From positions 1 to 64,000 of the IMG/VR virus record IMGVR_UViG_2561511128_000006: a DNA stretch of 64,000 bases, one strand, 5' to 3'. The DNA comes from a virus. Lineage: Duplodnaviria; Caudoviricetes. This document shows, piece after piece, positions 28,030-39,052 of this stretch (its first letter is position 1; the number at the start of each line of letters is the position of its first letter). The notes below the pieces were generated by a model that was not told the DNA's origin, did not search any database, and worked only from the letters and a program-made list of their open reading frames with translations. Made by a program: the position numbers and the translations under genes.

Positions 28030-28113
28030 GCGGATACCTCCCTAAAGGTATCCATGTATATAGATTAATCTATATTGATACAATATGAAAGGTGTCCCAC
28101 AGCCAAGCCCCCC

Positions 28114-28130
28114 GAACCTTGTTCACGGTG
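28114..28130 (+). promoter_or_regulatory. Late-promoter motif copy 2 (portal/head operon)
   Basis: GAACCTTGTTCACGGTG. Confidence 0.75.
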
Positions 28131-28163
28131 TGTTTTCTTTTTGGCTCGTAGCATTATGGGCAC

Positions 28164-30350
28164 ATGAGCAAGAAGCGCACTTATCGACACGCCACCTCCA
28201 TACCTCAAGTGCAACCGTCGCGCCGTCTGAATCTCTCCCCGGACGTGCGCGGCGGCCTTGCTCAGCCTTTGCCGCCTACGCCCGACGACATCAGCAGGCT
28301 GTACGGCCCAGCGAAGACGCTCGGCGCGCCCGAAGAGGTGCAGCTTGCGATGGATGCGCGGCTTGCGGATTCCGGCGTCTATTCCCTGCTTCAACACTCG
28401 CTTGAGCTCGGATTCGGGATTGCCCCTCAATTCATGGGGTACGGCGTCCTCCAGAATCTTGCCCAGAACGGATTGATCCGTGCCTGTGTCGAGACGGTAT
28501 CGGACGATATGACTCGAGCGTGGATTGAGTTCAAGCGCGAAGGGGAGGGCGGCGACGAATCATTGCTCACCGACCTTGCGCAGGCGTGCAAGAGGTTCGC
28601 ACTGCAACGCCTTTTCCATGAGGCGACCGAGCTTGTGGGGTACGAGGGCGGGGCCTTCCTTTTCATCGACACCGGAGCAGTCGGGGAAGAGCTGGAACGC
28701 CCGCTGAACGTCAGCCCGTATTCCGCCGAACTCAGGCCCGGCGGCGTGCTGCGCTTCGTCGTCATCGACCCCGTGAACGTCTTCCCCGGAGACTACAACA
28801 GCCTTTCGCCGCTTGAGCCGGACTACTTCCGCCCGCGCTGGTGGTGGGTGCTCGGGCAGCGGGTGCACGCCTCGCGCCTCATCCGATTGGTTGCGAACGA
28901 ATGCCCGGTGCTGCTGCGGCCCGCCTACAATTTTTTGGGCATCCCGCAGGCGCAGATCCTCTGGGATTACGTCCTGCATTTTCAGGAATGCCGCGCCGCC
29001 GAAGCCCGGCTACTGACCAAGTTTTCGCTGACCGTCTTCAAGACGAAGATGGAAGACATCCTGTACTCAGCCGGGGGCACCGCTCAGATCGATACCCGCA
29101 TCCGGTACATGATTCAGACCATGACCAATGACGGCGTGCTTGCCGTCGACAAAGAATCGGAAGACGTGGTCAAGCTGGAAACCCCGCTTTCAGGCGTGAC
29201 CGACATCGTGCGCCAGTCCCTTGAAATCCTCGCCGCCCTGAACCGCACTCCGGCGGTCAAGCTGCTTGGCATCAGCCCGTCAGGGTTCAATGCCACGGGC
29301 GAATCGGACATCCGCAACTACTACGACCATATTACGAGCCAGCAGGAGAAAGTCCTGCGCGACGGCATCAAGAAGGCGCTCGACTGTATCCAGCTCTACC
29401 TGCGCGGAACCATCGACCCTTCCGTGACTTTTGACTTCGCGCCCCTCGGCGAAGAGGATAGGGCGGCCCTTGCGACGCTCCAGAAGACCAAGGCCGACAC
29501 CATCGCCGTCTACATGGATCGGGACATCATCTCTCAGGAAGAAGCCCGGCAATCCCTTGCCAGTGACCCGGACAGCGGCTTCTCCGACATCGACCCGGCG
29601 GAAGTGCCGCAGGGCAATGGAATGCCTGATGCCCTGCCGGAAGCCGGGGAAGAGGGCTTGATGCCCGACATCGACGATGTGGACAAGGCCGGGGCCGTCT
29701 ACGACGCCGCGTGGGACGAGGATGTCTGGCGTACCGCCGAGAACGGCAAACGGTATCAGATCGACACTGAAACCGGAGAGATCAAGAAGGGGAACGTGGG
29801 GCAGAAGTCATGGAATTCCGAACAAAAGCAGCACGAACGCAGGGATCGTATGGAAGATGCTCTGCGGGAAATAGCCAATGGGCGTCCGGAATCAACGATA
29901 CCGCATCTCCGAAAGGATCTTGAACGCTATGGGGGCACAAACGACGTCACTATTGTCAAGGGAGATGCAAGGAAAGGTCTTGTCCATATTGCTGACCGAC
30001 ATGGACACGCGGCTGTTGCCCATGTGCTGGAAGCTGTCGCCAACGGGGAAATAGATAGGTTCGTTCCGGGAAAGCAGACTGTACATATCCGCAAAGACGG
30101 CTATGAGGCCGTGCTCTCTCTTGAGGAGAACGGTAGGAAAAAAACATGGTTATTGACTGGATTTGATCTTCCCGGAGCGGGACAAAAAAAGAGGCCCACG
30201 GGTGACAGCGGCAAGGTTTGTACAAGACACGCTTCTACGCAGGCCGGGCCTATTCTTAGTCGTCCCGACATGGGAGCCGTAAGCCTCTTTAAAGACAGGA
30301 TACTCCATCTCATGGAGCAAGTAAAGCCGGTGGAGATCCCGCGTGGCTAA
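28164..30350 (+). CDS. Portal protein (DUF1073) with ~215-aa C-terminal BECR-like extension
   Basis: KLLGISPSGFNATGESDIRNYYD portal motif; extension KGLVHIADRHG...YEAVLS...WLLTGF. Confidence 0.85.
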   Translation: MSKKRTYRHATSIPQVQPSRRLNLSPDVRGGLAQPLPPTPDDISRLYGPAKTLGAPEEVQLAMDARLADSGVYSLLQHSLELGFGIAPQFMGYGVLQNLAQNGLIRACVETVSDDMTRAWIEFKREGEGGDESLLTDLAQACKRFALQRLFHEATELVGYEGGAFLFIDTGAVGEELERPLNVSPYSAELRPGGVLRFVVIDPVNVFPGDYNSLSPLEPDYFRPRWWWVLGQRVHASRLIRLVANECPVLLRPAYNFLGIPQAQILWDYVLHFQECRAAEARLLTKFSLTVFKTKMEDILYSAGGTAQIDTRIRYMIQTMTNDGVLAVDKESEDVVKLETPLSGVTDIVRQSLEILAALNRTPAVKLLGISPSGFNATGESDIRNYYDHITSQQEKVLRDGIKKALDCIQLYLRGTIDPSVTFDFAPLGEEDRAALATLQKTKADTIAVYMDRDIISQEEARQSLASDPDSGFSDIDPAEVPQGNGMPDALPEAGEEGLMPDIDDVDKAGAVYDAAWDEDVWRTAENGKRYQIDTETGEIKKGNVGQKSWNSEQKQHERRDRMEDALREIANGRPESTIPHLRKDLERYGGTNDVTIVKGDARKGLVHIADRHGHAAVAHVLEAVANGEIDRFVPGKQTVHIRKDGYEAVLSLEENGRKKTWLLTGFDLPGAGQKKRPTGDSGKVCTRHASTQAGPILSRPDMGAVSLFKDRILHLMEQVKPVEIPRG

Positions 30351-31125
30351 AACCCTTCGAGCCATCAAGCCCAACGCGGGCATCCGGGCGAAATACCGCA
30401 AACGGCTGGTGTCCCTCCTCGACGAAATGCAGCGTTCCGTCGTGTGGTGGATACGCGCTGAGTATCGGCAGCAGGAAACTCGGATAGCACAAGATGCATC
30501 CCCGGCGAGTGACCTGCAAAACCGCCTCAAGCGCCTGTTCCGGTACTGGACGAAGCGGTGGAGGGAAAGCGCGGAGAGTTTTGCACGGGAGTTCGTGGGC
30601 AGTACGAGGCGGCGCACGGAAGCCAGCATGAGGCAGGCCCTCAAAGATGCGGGCTTCACGGTGAGGATGGAGGGAAGCAGGGCCATGAGCGACGTGGCGC
30701 GGGCCCTCTTCGAGGAAAATGTCAATCTCATCAAATCCATTCCGCAGCACTATTTCACGGAAGTGACGGGGCTAGTACAGCGTTCCGCCAGCATGGGCCG
30801 GGACGTGGAGTTCCTCGCCGACGAACTGCACAAGCGGTACGAGATCACCCGGCGCCGGGCAGAATTCATTGCCCGCGACCAGTCCAATAAGGCGACCGAG
30901 GCCCTTAAGCGGGTACAGGACAAGGAACTCGGCATCACCGAAGGCATCTGGGTACATGTGCCGGGAAAGAAAACGAGCCGCCATACCCACCAGCTCATGA
31001 ATGGGAAAAAGTTCGTCATCACGGAAGGTCTTTACGACTCTGACGTGAAGCGCAAAGTGCTTTGCGGTGAGCTTCCGGGGTGCCAATGCACGTACCGGGC
31101 CGTTATTCCTGAATTTGGAGACTAG
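30343..31125 (+). CDS. Minor head protein (MuF/gp7 family)
   Basis: RAEFIARDQSNK, SRHTH, GELPGCQC. Confidence 0.9.
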   Translation: MAKTLRAIKPNAGIRAKYRKRLVSLLDEMQRSVVWWIRAEYRQQETRIAQDASPASDLQNRLKRLFRYWTKRWRESAESFAREFVGSTRRRTEASMRQALKDAGFTVRMEGSRAMSDVARALFEENVNLIKSIPQHYFTEVTGLVQRSASMGRDVEFLADELHKRYEITRRRAEFIARDQSNKATEALKRVQDKELGITEGIWVHVPGKKTSRHTHQLMNGKKFVITEGLYDSDVKRKVLCGELPGCQCTYRAVIPEFGD

Positions 31126-32841
<1,716 letters not shown>

Positions 32842-32851
32842 GAGGCACACC

Positions 32852-33490
32852 ATGCCTTTGCAGTCCCAAGTCAATCTTTCCGTCGCTCCCGGCGTTGCGG
32901 GCGATAAAGCGACGCCCGACCAGAGCATCTACACCCCGCTCAACCCTCTGGCGGCGGTGGCCCTCCCTGTGGGGCGCTTCGTCTTCCCTGTCGTGGATTC
33001 CGGCGTGATCGACAACACGCGGGCCACCAACGTCGCGGGCACCGCCACAGCCGTGCTCGGCTTCGTGGAGCGCGTCATCAACTACGTGAACTATGAACTG
33101 CTTTCTGACGGCACCCTGACTGTCCCGGCAGGCTCGAACCTCACCGCGGCTGTGAAGGGCGACTATTGGGCCGTTTCAACGACCAAGGCCACGGTGGGGC
33201 AGGCCGTCCTTGCCTCCACCGCTGACGGTTCAATCAGCACCGGGACCCCCGACGGGACGCACCTCGATACGGGGTGGGTCGTCAAGACGCCAGGTGAAAT
33301 CGGGGAACCGATCATCATCAGCAATTGGGGACAGGCCGCAGCGTCGGGATCCGGCGGCGACACCTCGAACCTGATGCAGAAAGATTTCAGCAACGCCACC
33401 GGAGCGCTCGGCGTGGCCAACGGCGGAACTGGCGCAACCACTGCGGAACAGGCCCGCACCAACCTCGGCGCAGCCGCCGCCGGAGCGTAG
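32852..33490 (+). CDS. Head decoration/cement protein
   Basis: Lies between scaffold and capsid; VKGDYWAV. Confidence 0.75.
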   Translation: MPLQSQVNLSVAPGVAGDKATPDQSIYTPLNPLAAVALPVGRFVFPVVDSGVIDNTRATNVAGTATAVLGFVERVINYVNYELLSDGTLTVPAGSNLTAAVKGDYWAVSTTKATVGQAVLASTADGSISTGTPDGTHLDTGWVVKTPGEIGEPIIISNWGQAAASGSGGDTSNLMQKDFSNATGALGVANGGTGATTAEQARTNLGAAAAGA

Positions 33491-33500
33491 GAGGTACTAC

Positions 33501-34514
33501 ATGAATCCGACTTTTGAACAGGCCAAGCGCTACGGCTTTATCTTCCCGGGCGCCCGCATGTGGGCAACCCCGGAGAACCGCGCCCGCATTGCGCAGGACG
33601 CCGCGCTCATCACTACTCCGAACACGACCGTCCCCGCCGAGCTTCTGGCGTATATCGACCCGATGGTCATCGAAATCCTGACCGCGCCCCGGCGCGCCCG
33701 CGAAATCTTCGGCGAAGAGAAGAAGGGCGACTGGACGACCCCGTACATGAAGTGGCGCGTCGACGAAATGACCGGAAAGACCGAGCCGTATTCCGACTAT
33801 GCCAACGGCACGACTTCGGGCGTGAACTCCGAATGGCAGACCCGCGTGCAGTACGTCTTCCAGACGTCCATCACCTACGGCGACTTTGAAGTGGACATGT
33901 CGAGCACGGCGAAAGTCAACCTCGCTGCCTCCAAGCAGCGCGCGGCGGCCAACGTCATCGACATCGACCAGAACCGTTTCTACCTGCTCGGCGTCGCCGG
34001 GAAGGAAATCTACGGTATCCTCAACGATCCGAACCTCCCTGCTGCGATCACCGCAGGGGCCACGGGCACGGGCGGCTCCACGAAATGGGCCGACAAGACC
34101 ACGGTGCAGATCTACAATGACGTCCTCGCCCTGTTCGCGCAGCTTTCCGAGCAGTCCAGCGGCCTCATTGACAAGGACACGCCCCTCAAGCTCTGCCTCT
34201 CCCCCGAACTGGCCGTTCGCCTCGGCGCGGCTACCGATTTCAACGTGTCCGTGCTGGATATGTTGAAGCGGTACTTCACCCGCATTGACATCGTGACCGT
34301 CCCCGAGCTGCACAGCATGACCGCCGGGGAAACCATGTTCCTCATCGCCCCCGAAGTGAACGGGCAGCGATCCGGCACGCTGGCCTTCGGAGAAAAGATG
34401 CGTGCCGGACGCGTCGTGCCCGACCTGTCCAGCTTCCGCCAGAAGTTCGTCGGCACCACCTACGGCGGTATCGTGCTCATGCCCTTTGCCTTTGCCCAAA
34501 TGACTGGAGCCTAG
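33501..34514 (+). CDS. Major capsid protein (DUF2184)
   Basis: VPAELLAYIDPMVIEIL, KKGDW, YGILNDPNL. Confidence 0.9.
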   Translation: MNPTFEQAKRYGFIFPGARMWATPENRARIAQDAALITTPNTTVPAELLAYIDPMVIEILTAPRRAREIFGEEKKGDWTTPYMKWRVDEMTGKTEPYSDYANGTTSGVNSEWQTRVQYVFQTSITYGDFEVDMSSTAKVNLAASKQRAAANVIDIDQNRFYLLGVAGKEIYGILNDPNLPAAITAGATGTGGSTKWADKTTVQIYNDVLALFAQLSEQSSGLIDKDTPLKLCLSPELAVRLGAATDFNVSVLDMLKRYFTRIDIVTVPELHSMTAGETMFLIAPEVNGQRSGTLAFGEKMRAGRVVPDLSSFRQKFVGTTYGGIVLMPFAFAQMTGA

Positions 34515-34536
34515 TCCCATCCTTCCCTCCATGCGA

Positions 34537-34573
34537 AAGCCCCAACCGCCTGTTTAACGGTTGGGGCTTCTTT
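34537..34573 (+). terminator. Terminator after the capsid gene
   Basis: AAGCCCCAACCG/CGGTTGGGGCTT plus T-run. Confidence 0.8.
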
Positions 34574-34731
34574 GCATCTTTGGGCTCTGCTCAGTAATGA
34601 TAACTTCTGTCCTCTACATGCAAAAAGTAAGCAGAAATGCGCCTCGGTGTTCTGATAGTCGTTCTTTGACAAGGGAATAGGGAAAGGATAGAAAACCGCT
34701 GTGGGGCACTCTCCTGAAAGGAGGGTACTCC

Positions 34732-34818
34732 ATGCGACACTTCCTCCGGGACGTCGCTGTCCAAGTGATTGGCGGCGTCATTGTGGCTGTGGTGATTCGG
34801 TTCATGCTGAACCAATAA
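34732..34818 (+). CDS. 28-aa hydrophobic peptide, type I toxin-like (Fst/Ldr-like); not in the ORF track
   Basis: MRHFLRDVAVQVIGGVIVAVVIRFMLNQ; AAGGAGG RBS inside a CTCTCC/GGAGGG hairpin. Confidence 0.6.
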   Translation: MRHFLRDVAVQVIGGVIVAVVIRFMLNQ

Positions 34819-34968
34819 CGCAGTTGCCCCGGTAGGAGGTGCGAACTCCAACCGGGGCGCAAACTTGAGATGATCAATCTCGGGAGGGTGTCCCACGGGG
34901 CGGCAGGTGTGTCACCACTTGCCGCCCTTCCTTTTTTCAATAGCCATTCCCGTGCTCGGGGTCAAGGG

Positions 34969-35895
34969 CTATCCTAGCATCAACCTGTTCGCGGTCTTCG
35001 CGGCACGGATGGCCGCTCTCATTTCCGAGATTCCCGCGTCAATCCACGTCTGGGCGTTGTACGAGTTGGACTGTAGGATGCCGAGAAGCGGATCCTTCGA
35101 GATGTTCTGCTGGGAACATACCCGGTTCAGCAGTTCGGGATAAGTGCTCTCCTTGACGCGCAAGAGCTCGTTGACGAATCGGTGGAGCCGGGAGCGGGTT
35201 TCCCCCGCGAATTCGATCCATTCCTCTTCGAGGCGGTCGAGGGCCGCGATGCGGGCGGCGTAGACGCTGGAGGCGGGAAGCGCAGGGTACGGAATCGCGG
35301 ATTCCGCCGTGGGTATGGCATTGATGGCGCGGACACGGACGGAAAGCAGGAACTCGCGGGCCTCGGGCATAAGCCGGGCCGGGAGCTGACTGTATTCCGC
35401 GATGCGGAAGTGGCGGTTGTGCTTCGCCCATATCTCGGCGCGGGCCTTGCCCTGCACGGCGGCGGGGTATGTCGAGAGCTTGGCGTCTACGATGAGCTTG
35501 AGCTCGGCACGTTCCGCCGCACTGATCAGCTCGTCGTTGAGCGTCACAGGCTGTTCAACGGGCACCCTGTCGCCGTACTGCTCGATGACGTCCAGCACCC
35601 ACTTGCGGAATGCCTTTGCTACCGGAGTCCGGGCGAACATGGCGAGGAGGTGGCAGCCGCGAAGTGAGAAGATGCGGGCGCGACCCTCAGCCCCGTTTTG
35701 GGGCTGTGCGGTAATTTCAACTAGTTGCGTCATGTCTGGCGTGAATTCATCGGCGTTATTTCGGTAAAGACGCGAAACTTGATTTTCGCGTCCATACCCA
35801 AGAGCTCGTGCGAGTTCTGTAGCGCGAATCCAAGGCTGATTGCCGCGAGTTATGGGGGAGAAAGTGAAATCGTTGAAGCAAAGAGAATGAGACAT
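34969..35895 (-). CDS. BRO-N antirepressor
   Basis: PWIRATELARALGY...RIFSLRGCHLLAMFARTPVAKAFRKWVLD. Confidence 0.88.
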   Translation of the reverse strand: MSHSLCFNDFTFSPITRGNQPWIRATELARALGYGRENQVSRLYRNNADEFTPDMTQLVEITAQPQNGAEGRARIFSLRGCHLLAMFARTPVAKAFRKWVLDVIEQYGDRVPVEQPVTLNDELISAAERAELKLIVDAKLSTYPAAVQGKARAEIWAKHNRHFRIAEYSQLPARLMPEAREFLLSVRVRAINAIPTAESAIPYPALPASSVYAARIAALDRLEEEWIEFAGETRSRLHRFVNELLRVKESTYPELLNRVCSQQNISKDPLLGILQSNSYNAQTWIDAGISEMRAAIRAAKTANRLMLG

Positions 35896-35938
35896 AACCA
35901 ACTCCTACTGTTAAGAGTTGGCATCGCCGATGAATGAC

Positions 35939-36020
35939 GATGCCGGGTGTTCATCACCGCCAGTAGGAGCGGCTCCCTGCCTTTAGCTTACGCTTGGACA
36001 TATCAGGGACACCCGGCATC
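35939..36020 (-). ncRNA. C4-like antisense RNA, copy 1
   Basis: 12-bp closing stem GATGCCGGGTGT/ACACCCGGCATC; seeds complementary to the antirepressor RBS region; extended -10 TGcTATACT upstream. Confidence 0.75.
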
Positions 36021-36252
36021 AGGAAGATGCAAGTATAGCAGAAAACCAAAGTCAAAAAGAGTCTTGACTTCGGCAAAAGGGCACAAAAAGAGCCATACTA
36101 TCGGGTGGCGTTGTCCGCCTACTGTTGGTGTGATGAGCACCGTAGAAAAAAGACAGCACAAAACGCGAAAAATGTAAAGAGAAAAGCAGTGGCGTTGCCC
36201 GCATCTGGATGTTCTTCATCTGCATTGGCGGACAACGCCACGTTGGAAAGTT

Positions 36253-37323
36253 TTACTTGTTATCGTATTTCAAGGCCGTAGCCCGGATTCGATCCGCAAA
36301 GGGGATAATATCTTCCAGTTTTTCGATGTCTTCCTTTGCGTCCTTATTCTCCCCATCAAACAGTCCGACCCTCCACTGTTTTCCGTTGAAATACAGGCGG
36401 CACAGAGGCTTGAGCCTGTTGTCGTCAAGAAGGATGGAGCAGTAGCTGATGCTGTCCCGCATGGCTACGCGCCCCGGATCAACGGTGCCCATCAGAAGCG
36501 ATTTGACAAGGTAATACGCCTCTTTTTCTTCCTCGGTGGTGACTATACGCGAATCCTGCTCTTTTCCTTGTGGGGTATCTTCGGACTCTATCTCTACAAT
36601 TTCCGGTTTCTGCTGCGTCATGGCATTTTTCAATCGGTCGTTGATGCGGTCGTTGATGAACTGGTCAAGCGCAGCGGTAAGGATTGGAGTGAAGCGATCC
36701 AGAACGTTTTGCGTGATACGCCCATCATACGTCTGTCCGATGAAAAAGCGTGCGAAATCTTCGTGGGGCGTTTCCATTTGTTCGGACATGAGGCGTTTGA
36801 ACTCTCGGTTGTACTTGAGTTCGTTTGCCGCGCTCATGCAGGCATCCCGATCAAACTTGCCTTTTGCCAACTTGCGCAGTTCCGGGAGCAACATTTCATC
36901 CATATCGTCAAGGACGAACTCCATATAGGGCTTGCTGTCCATTTTGTTGGCTGTTTCAAGATCGGAATAGAACCGGTAACGGTTGCCGTCCGTCAGGATG
37001 GCAATGGGGGCTTCCGTCCCGTGGAAGTAAAGCTGTAGCTGGTTGCAGTGCTTCATGTCGAGAGACGTGCCCAAAGCCTTGCACTCCAGAAGAAGGATAG
37101 GCTTGCCGTCCACAAGAATCGCATAGTCCACGCGGGCGTCCTTATATTCGCCGATGGGGGCTGAAAATTCGGGCACGACTTCCGCAGGGTTGAAAACGTC
37201 GTATCCCAGGGCCGCGATGAAAGGCATCACCAAGGCGTTTTTCGTGGCCTCTTCGGTCTTGAGGCTATCTCCCAGATTCTTTACCTTTTTCGACAATTCA
37301 GCAATTCTTTCCGAAAAATCCAT
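36253..37323 (-). CDS. HsdR_N-like PD-(D/E)XK nuclease moron
   Basis: EEATKNALVMPFI..LGYDVFNP.EV.PE, RVDYAI, LLECK, ILTDGNRYRFY. Confidence 0.85.
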   Translation of the reverse strand: MDFSERIAELSKKVKNLGDSLKTEEATKNALVMPFIAALGYDVFNPAEVVPEFSAPIGEYKDARVDYAILVDGKPILLLECKALGTSLDMKHCNQLQLYFHGTEAPIAILTDGNRYRFYSDLETANKMDSKPYMEFVLDDMDEMLLPELRKLAKGKFDRDACMSAANELKYNREFKRLMSEQMETPHEDFARFFIGQTYDGRITQNVLDRFTPILTAALDQFINDRINDRLKNAMTQQKPEIVEIESEDTPQGKEQDSRIVTTEEEKEAYYLVKSLLMGTVDPGRVAMRDSISYCSILLDDNRLKPLCRLYFNGKQWRVGLFDGENKDAKEDIEKLEDIIPFADRIRATALKYDNK

Positions 37324-37355
37324 TGCACTCCCCCTTAAAAAATCATGTATTGAGG

Positions 37356-38348
37356 TTATTTCTGTAACTCTTTTAGATAATTGGGAACATATTCATGGAC
37401 AGACTCTTTTCCGGGAATTTTCATTGAGATCATATCCCCTTTTTGTCCTTTTCCATAAGCGCGGGCCGTAACAATTTTTACGGCTCCATTCGCATCAAAA
37501 AAGTTTTCCAACGCACGGATACCCGAATTTGAAATTCTGCGGGTATCCATTTCGTTAAGAGGACTGGGGAAAACCAAAGCTATTGCGCACCAATTCTTTG
37601 AATTTTTTTCAAAAACCAGTTTATAGCCCCCAAGTTTGGAGTACGTAGGTAAGGATTTCTTTATGAAAGTCTCAATGTCTTTCTGCGTCCATGTATAATT
37701 GTATTCGGGGGCCTTTGGTCGGCACTCTTCGTGCCCAATGCGCCAGAAGGTATCGGCTTGCTCCCAGTCTTTGACTGTTTTAATTTTTTCACAGTCAGGG
37801 CTTAAGTTTTTTGCTCTATTTGTGGAATTGGTATTTTGGGGCGCGATTCCTTCTGGGTGCCTTGAGTTGAGCCATGCCCCTGCAACTACCAAGCAAACGA
37901 ATAGAACCAGTAATTTTTTTGCTTTGCTTGGCTTTTTTTTGTTTTGCTGTGCAAATGGGGTTGGTTTTCCACGCTCTTGGGCCAATTGTTCATCAAAAAG
38001 GTGTGCGCGGATAACCTCCATCATGGGGCTATTCACCTTTGCCAATGCCTTATTTCCATTTTTGAACTCAATAATGACGGTAGACTCAGTCGTCTTGCCT
38101 CCAGCTACCGCACCCGCAACCGCTCCGATGCCTCCAAGCAAGACGCCGCCGACAAGTGCGCCTCCCAAAGTTCCGCCGAGCTTTTTGACCGATTCTTCAT
38201 TGGCTACTTCGCAAGAGGCAATACTGGAAAGAAAAAGTTCCTTTGCTCCAAACATTTTTGAAGAGCAACGCAACTGGTTTTTATTTTTAATGTAAATATA
38301 TTCTTCTTTCCCGTAGTCCCCTGCCAGAAATTTGATGTAGGTAGCCAT
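37356..38348 (-). CDS. Membrane-anchored moron protein
   Basis: Gly-rich GGALVGGVLLGGIGAVAG segment, central TM, C-terminal extracytoplasmic region. Confidence 0.75.
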   Translation of the reverse strand: MATYIKFLAGDYGKEEYIYIKNKNQLRCSSKMFGAKELFLSSIASCEVANEESVKKLGGTLGGALVGGVLLGGIGAVAGAVAGGKTTESTVIIEFKNGNKALAKVNSPMMEVIRAHLFDEQLAQERGKPTPFAQQNKKKPSKAKKLLVLFVCLVVAGAWLNSRHPEGIAPQNTNSTNRAKNLSPDCEKIKTVKDWEQADTFWRIGHEECRPKAPEYNYTWTQKDIETFIKKSLPTYSKLGGYKLVFEKNSKNWCAIALVFPSPLNEMDTRRISNSGIRALENFFDANGAVKIVTARAYGKGQKGDMISMKIPGKESVHEYVPNYLKELQK

Positions 38349-38452
38349 ACATCATCCCCCTTATTATAGATGAGGCTATCATGGCATAGGCCGTTCCAAA
38401 AATCCACCGCCGCCGCCCTCCGCCCCGAAAGGGGCTTTTCCTTTGCCTGTAC

Positions 38453-38468
38453 GAACCTTGTTCACGGT
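38453..38468 (+). promoter_or_regulatory. Late-promoter motif copy 3
   Basis: GAACCTTGTTCACGGT. Confidence 0.7.
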
Positions 38469-38535
38469 ATCTGCCCCGTTGTCCTGCGGGCTATCCTTTT
38501 TCAATGTGCTGTATTGGCACGTAAGGAGGTAGCGC

Positions 38536-38808
38536 ATGAACGCAATGGAACTGAAAAGGGGATTTCATCTTGCGGTTGAAGATTCCCGCATCATCCCCAC
38601 CGGGAACGGGGTGTTTATCGAATATGACGGTTTCTTGAGCAAAAAGATGGAGGGGCTGAGGGCACTCCTCATTCAATGTTACCCCGACGCGGCAACACGT
38701 TTTCCAGAAGCGTTTGCACATCGCTATTCTCAGGATGAAATTGCAGAGCATAGTCGTCGGTTACGCGAGCAACGAACAGAAAAGACAGGTTTCCGAGAAC
38801 CCTGCTGA
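38536..38808 (+). CDS. Hypothetical protein
   Basis: AAGGAGG RBS; downstream of motif copy 3. Confidence 0.65.
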   Translation: MNAMELKRGFHLAVEDSRIIPTGNGVFIEYDGFLSKKMEGLRALLIQCYPDAATRFPEAFAHRYSQDEIAEHSRRLREQRTEKTGFREPC

Positions 38809-38962
38809 GGTCGCTCTGGATCTGCTGTGCATGAGGCCCGGAGAGGAGCAGAAATAAGCCGGGGCGGATCGGAATATACCCGGCTCCATACATGCGGTTG
38901 AGCTCCTCCCTTTCATTGGAGGCTTCGCCGGGCTGTTTTTCATAAGCTACAAGATAGGACAT
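38669..38962 (-). CDS. Small ferredoxin-fold-like (Cas2/SinR-like) hypothetical protein
   Basis: MSYLVAYE...LFLL...AQQIQSDL...LFVARV pattern; GGGAGG RBS. Confidence 0.5.
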   Translation of the reverse strand: MSYLVAYEKQPGEASNEREELNRMYGAGYIPIRPGLFLLLSGPHAQQIQSDLSRVLGNLSFLFVARVTDDYALQFHPENSDVQTLLENVLPRRGNIE

Positions 38963-39052
38963 ATTCCCCTCCCTGTTTTTCCCAAACCGGCACACAATGG
39001 AGGGGATGTCAAGAATGATTTCAGGGCATCATCCTGAAAAAGGAAGGTCCGC

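Noticed and set aside
36253-37323. Complete type I restriction-modification system
   Set aside because: Only an HsdR N-terminal-like nuclease domain; no helicase motifs, HsdM or HsdS.
38669-38962. CRISPR-Cas locus suggested by a Cas2-like ORF and the Cas4-like nuclease at 11794-12597
   Set aside because: No repeat-spacer array or cas1 in the window; the nuclease sits beside recT as a recombination exonuclease.
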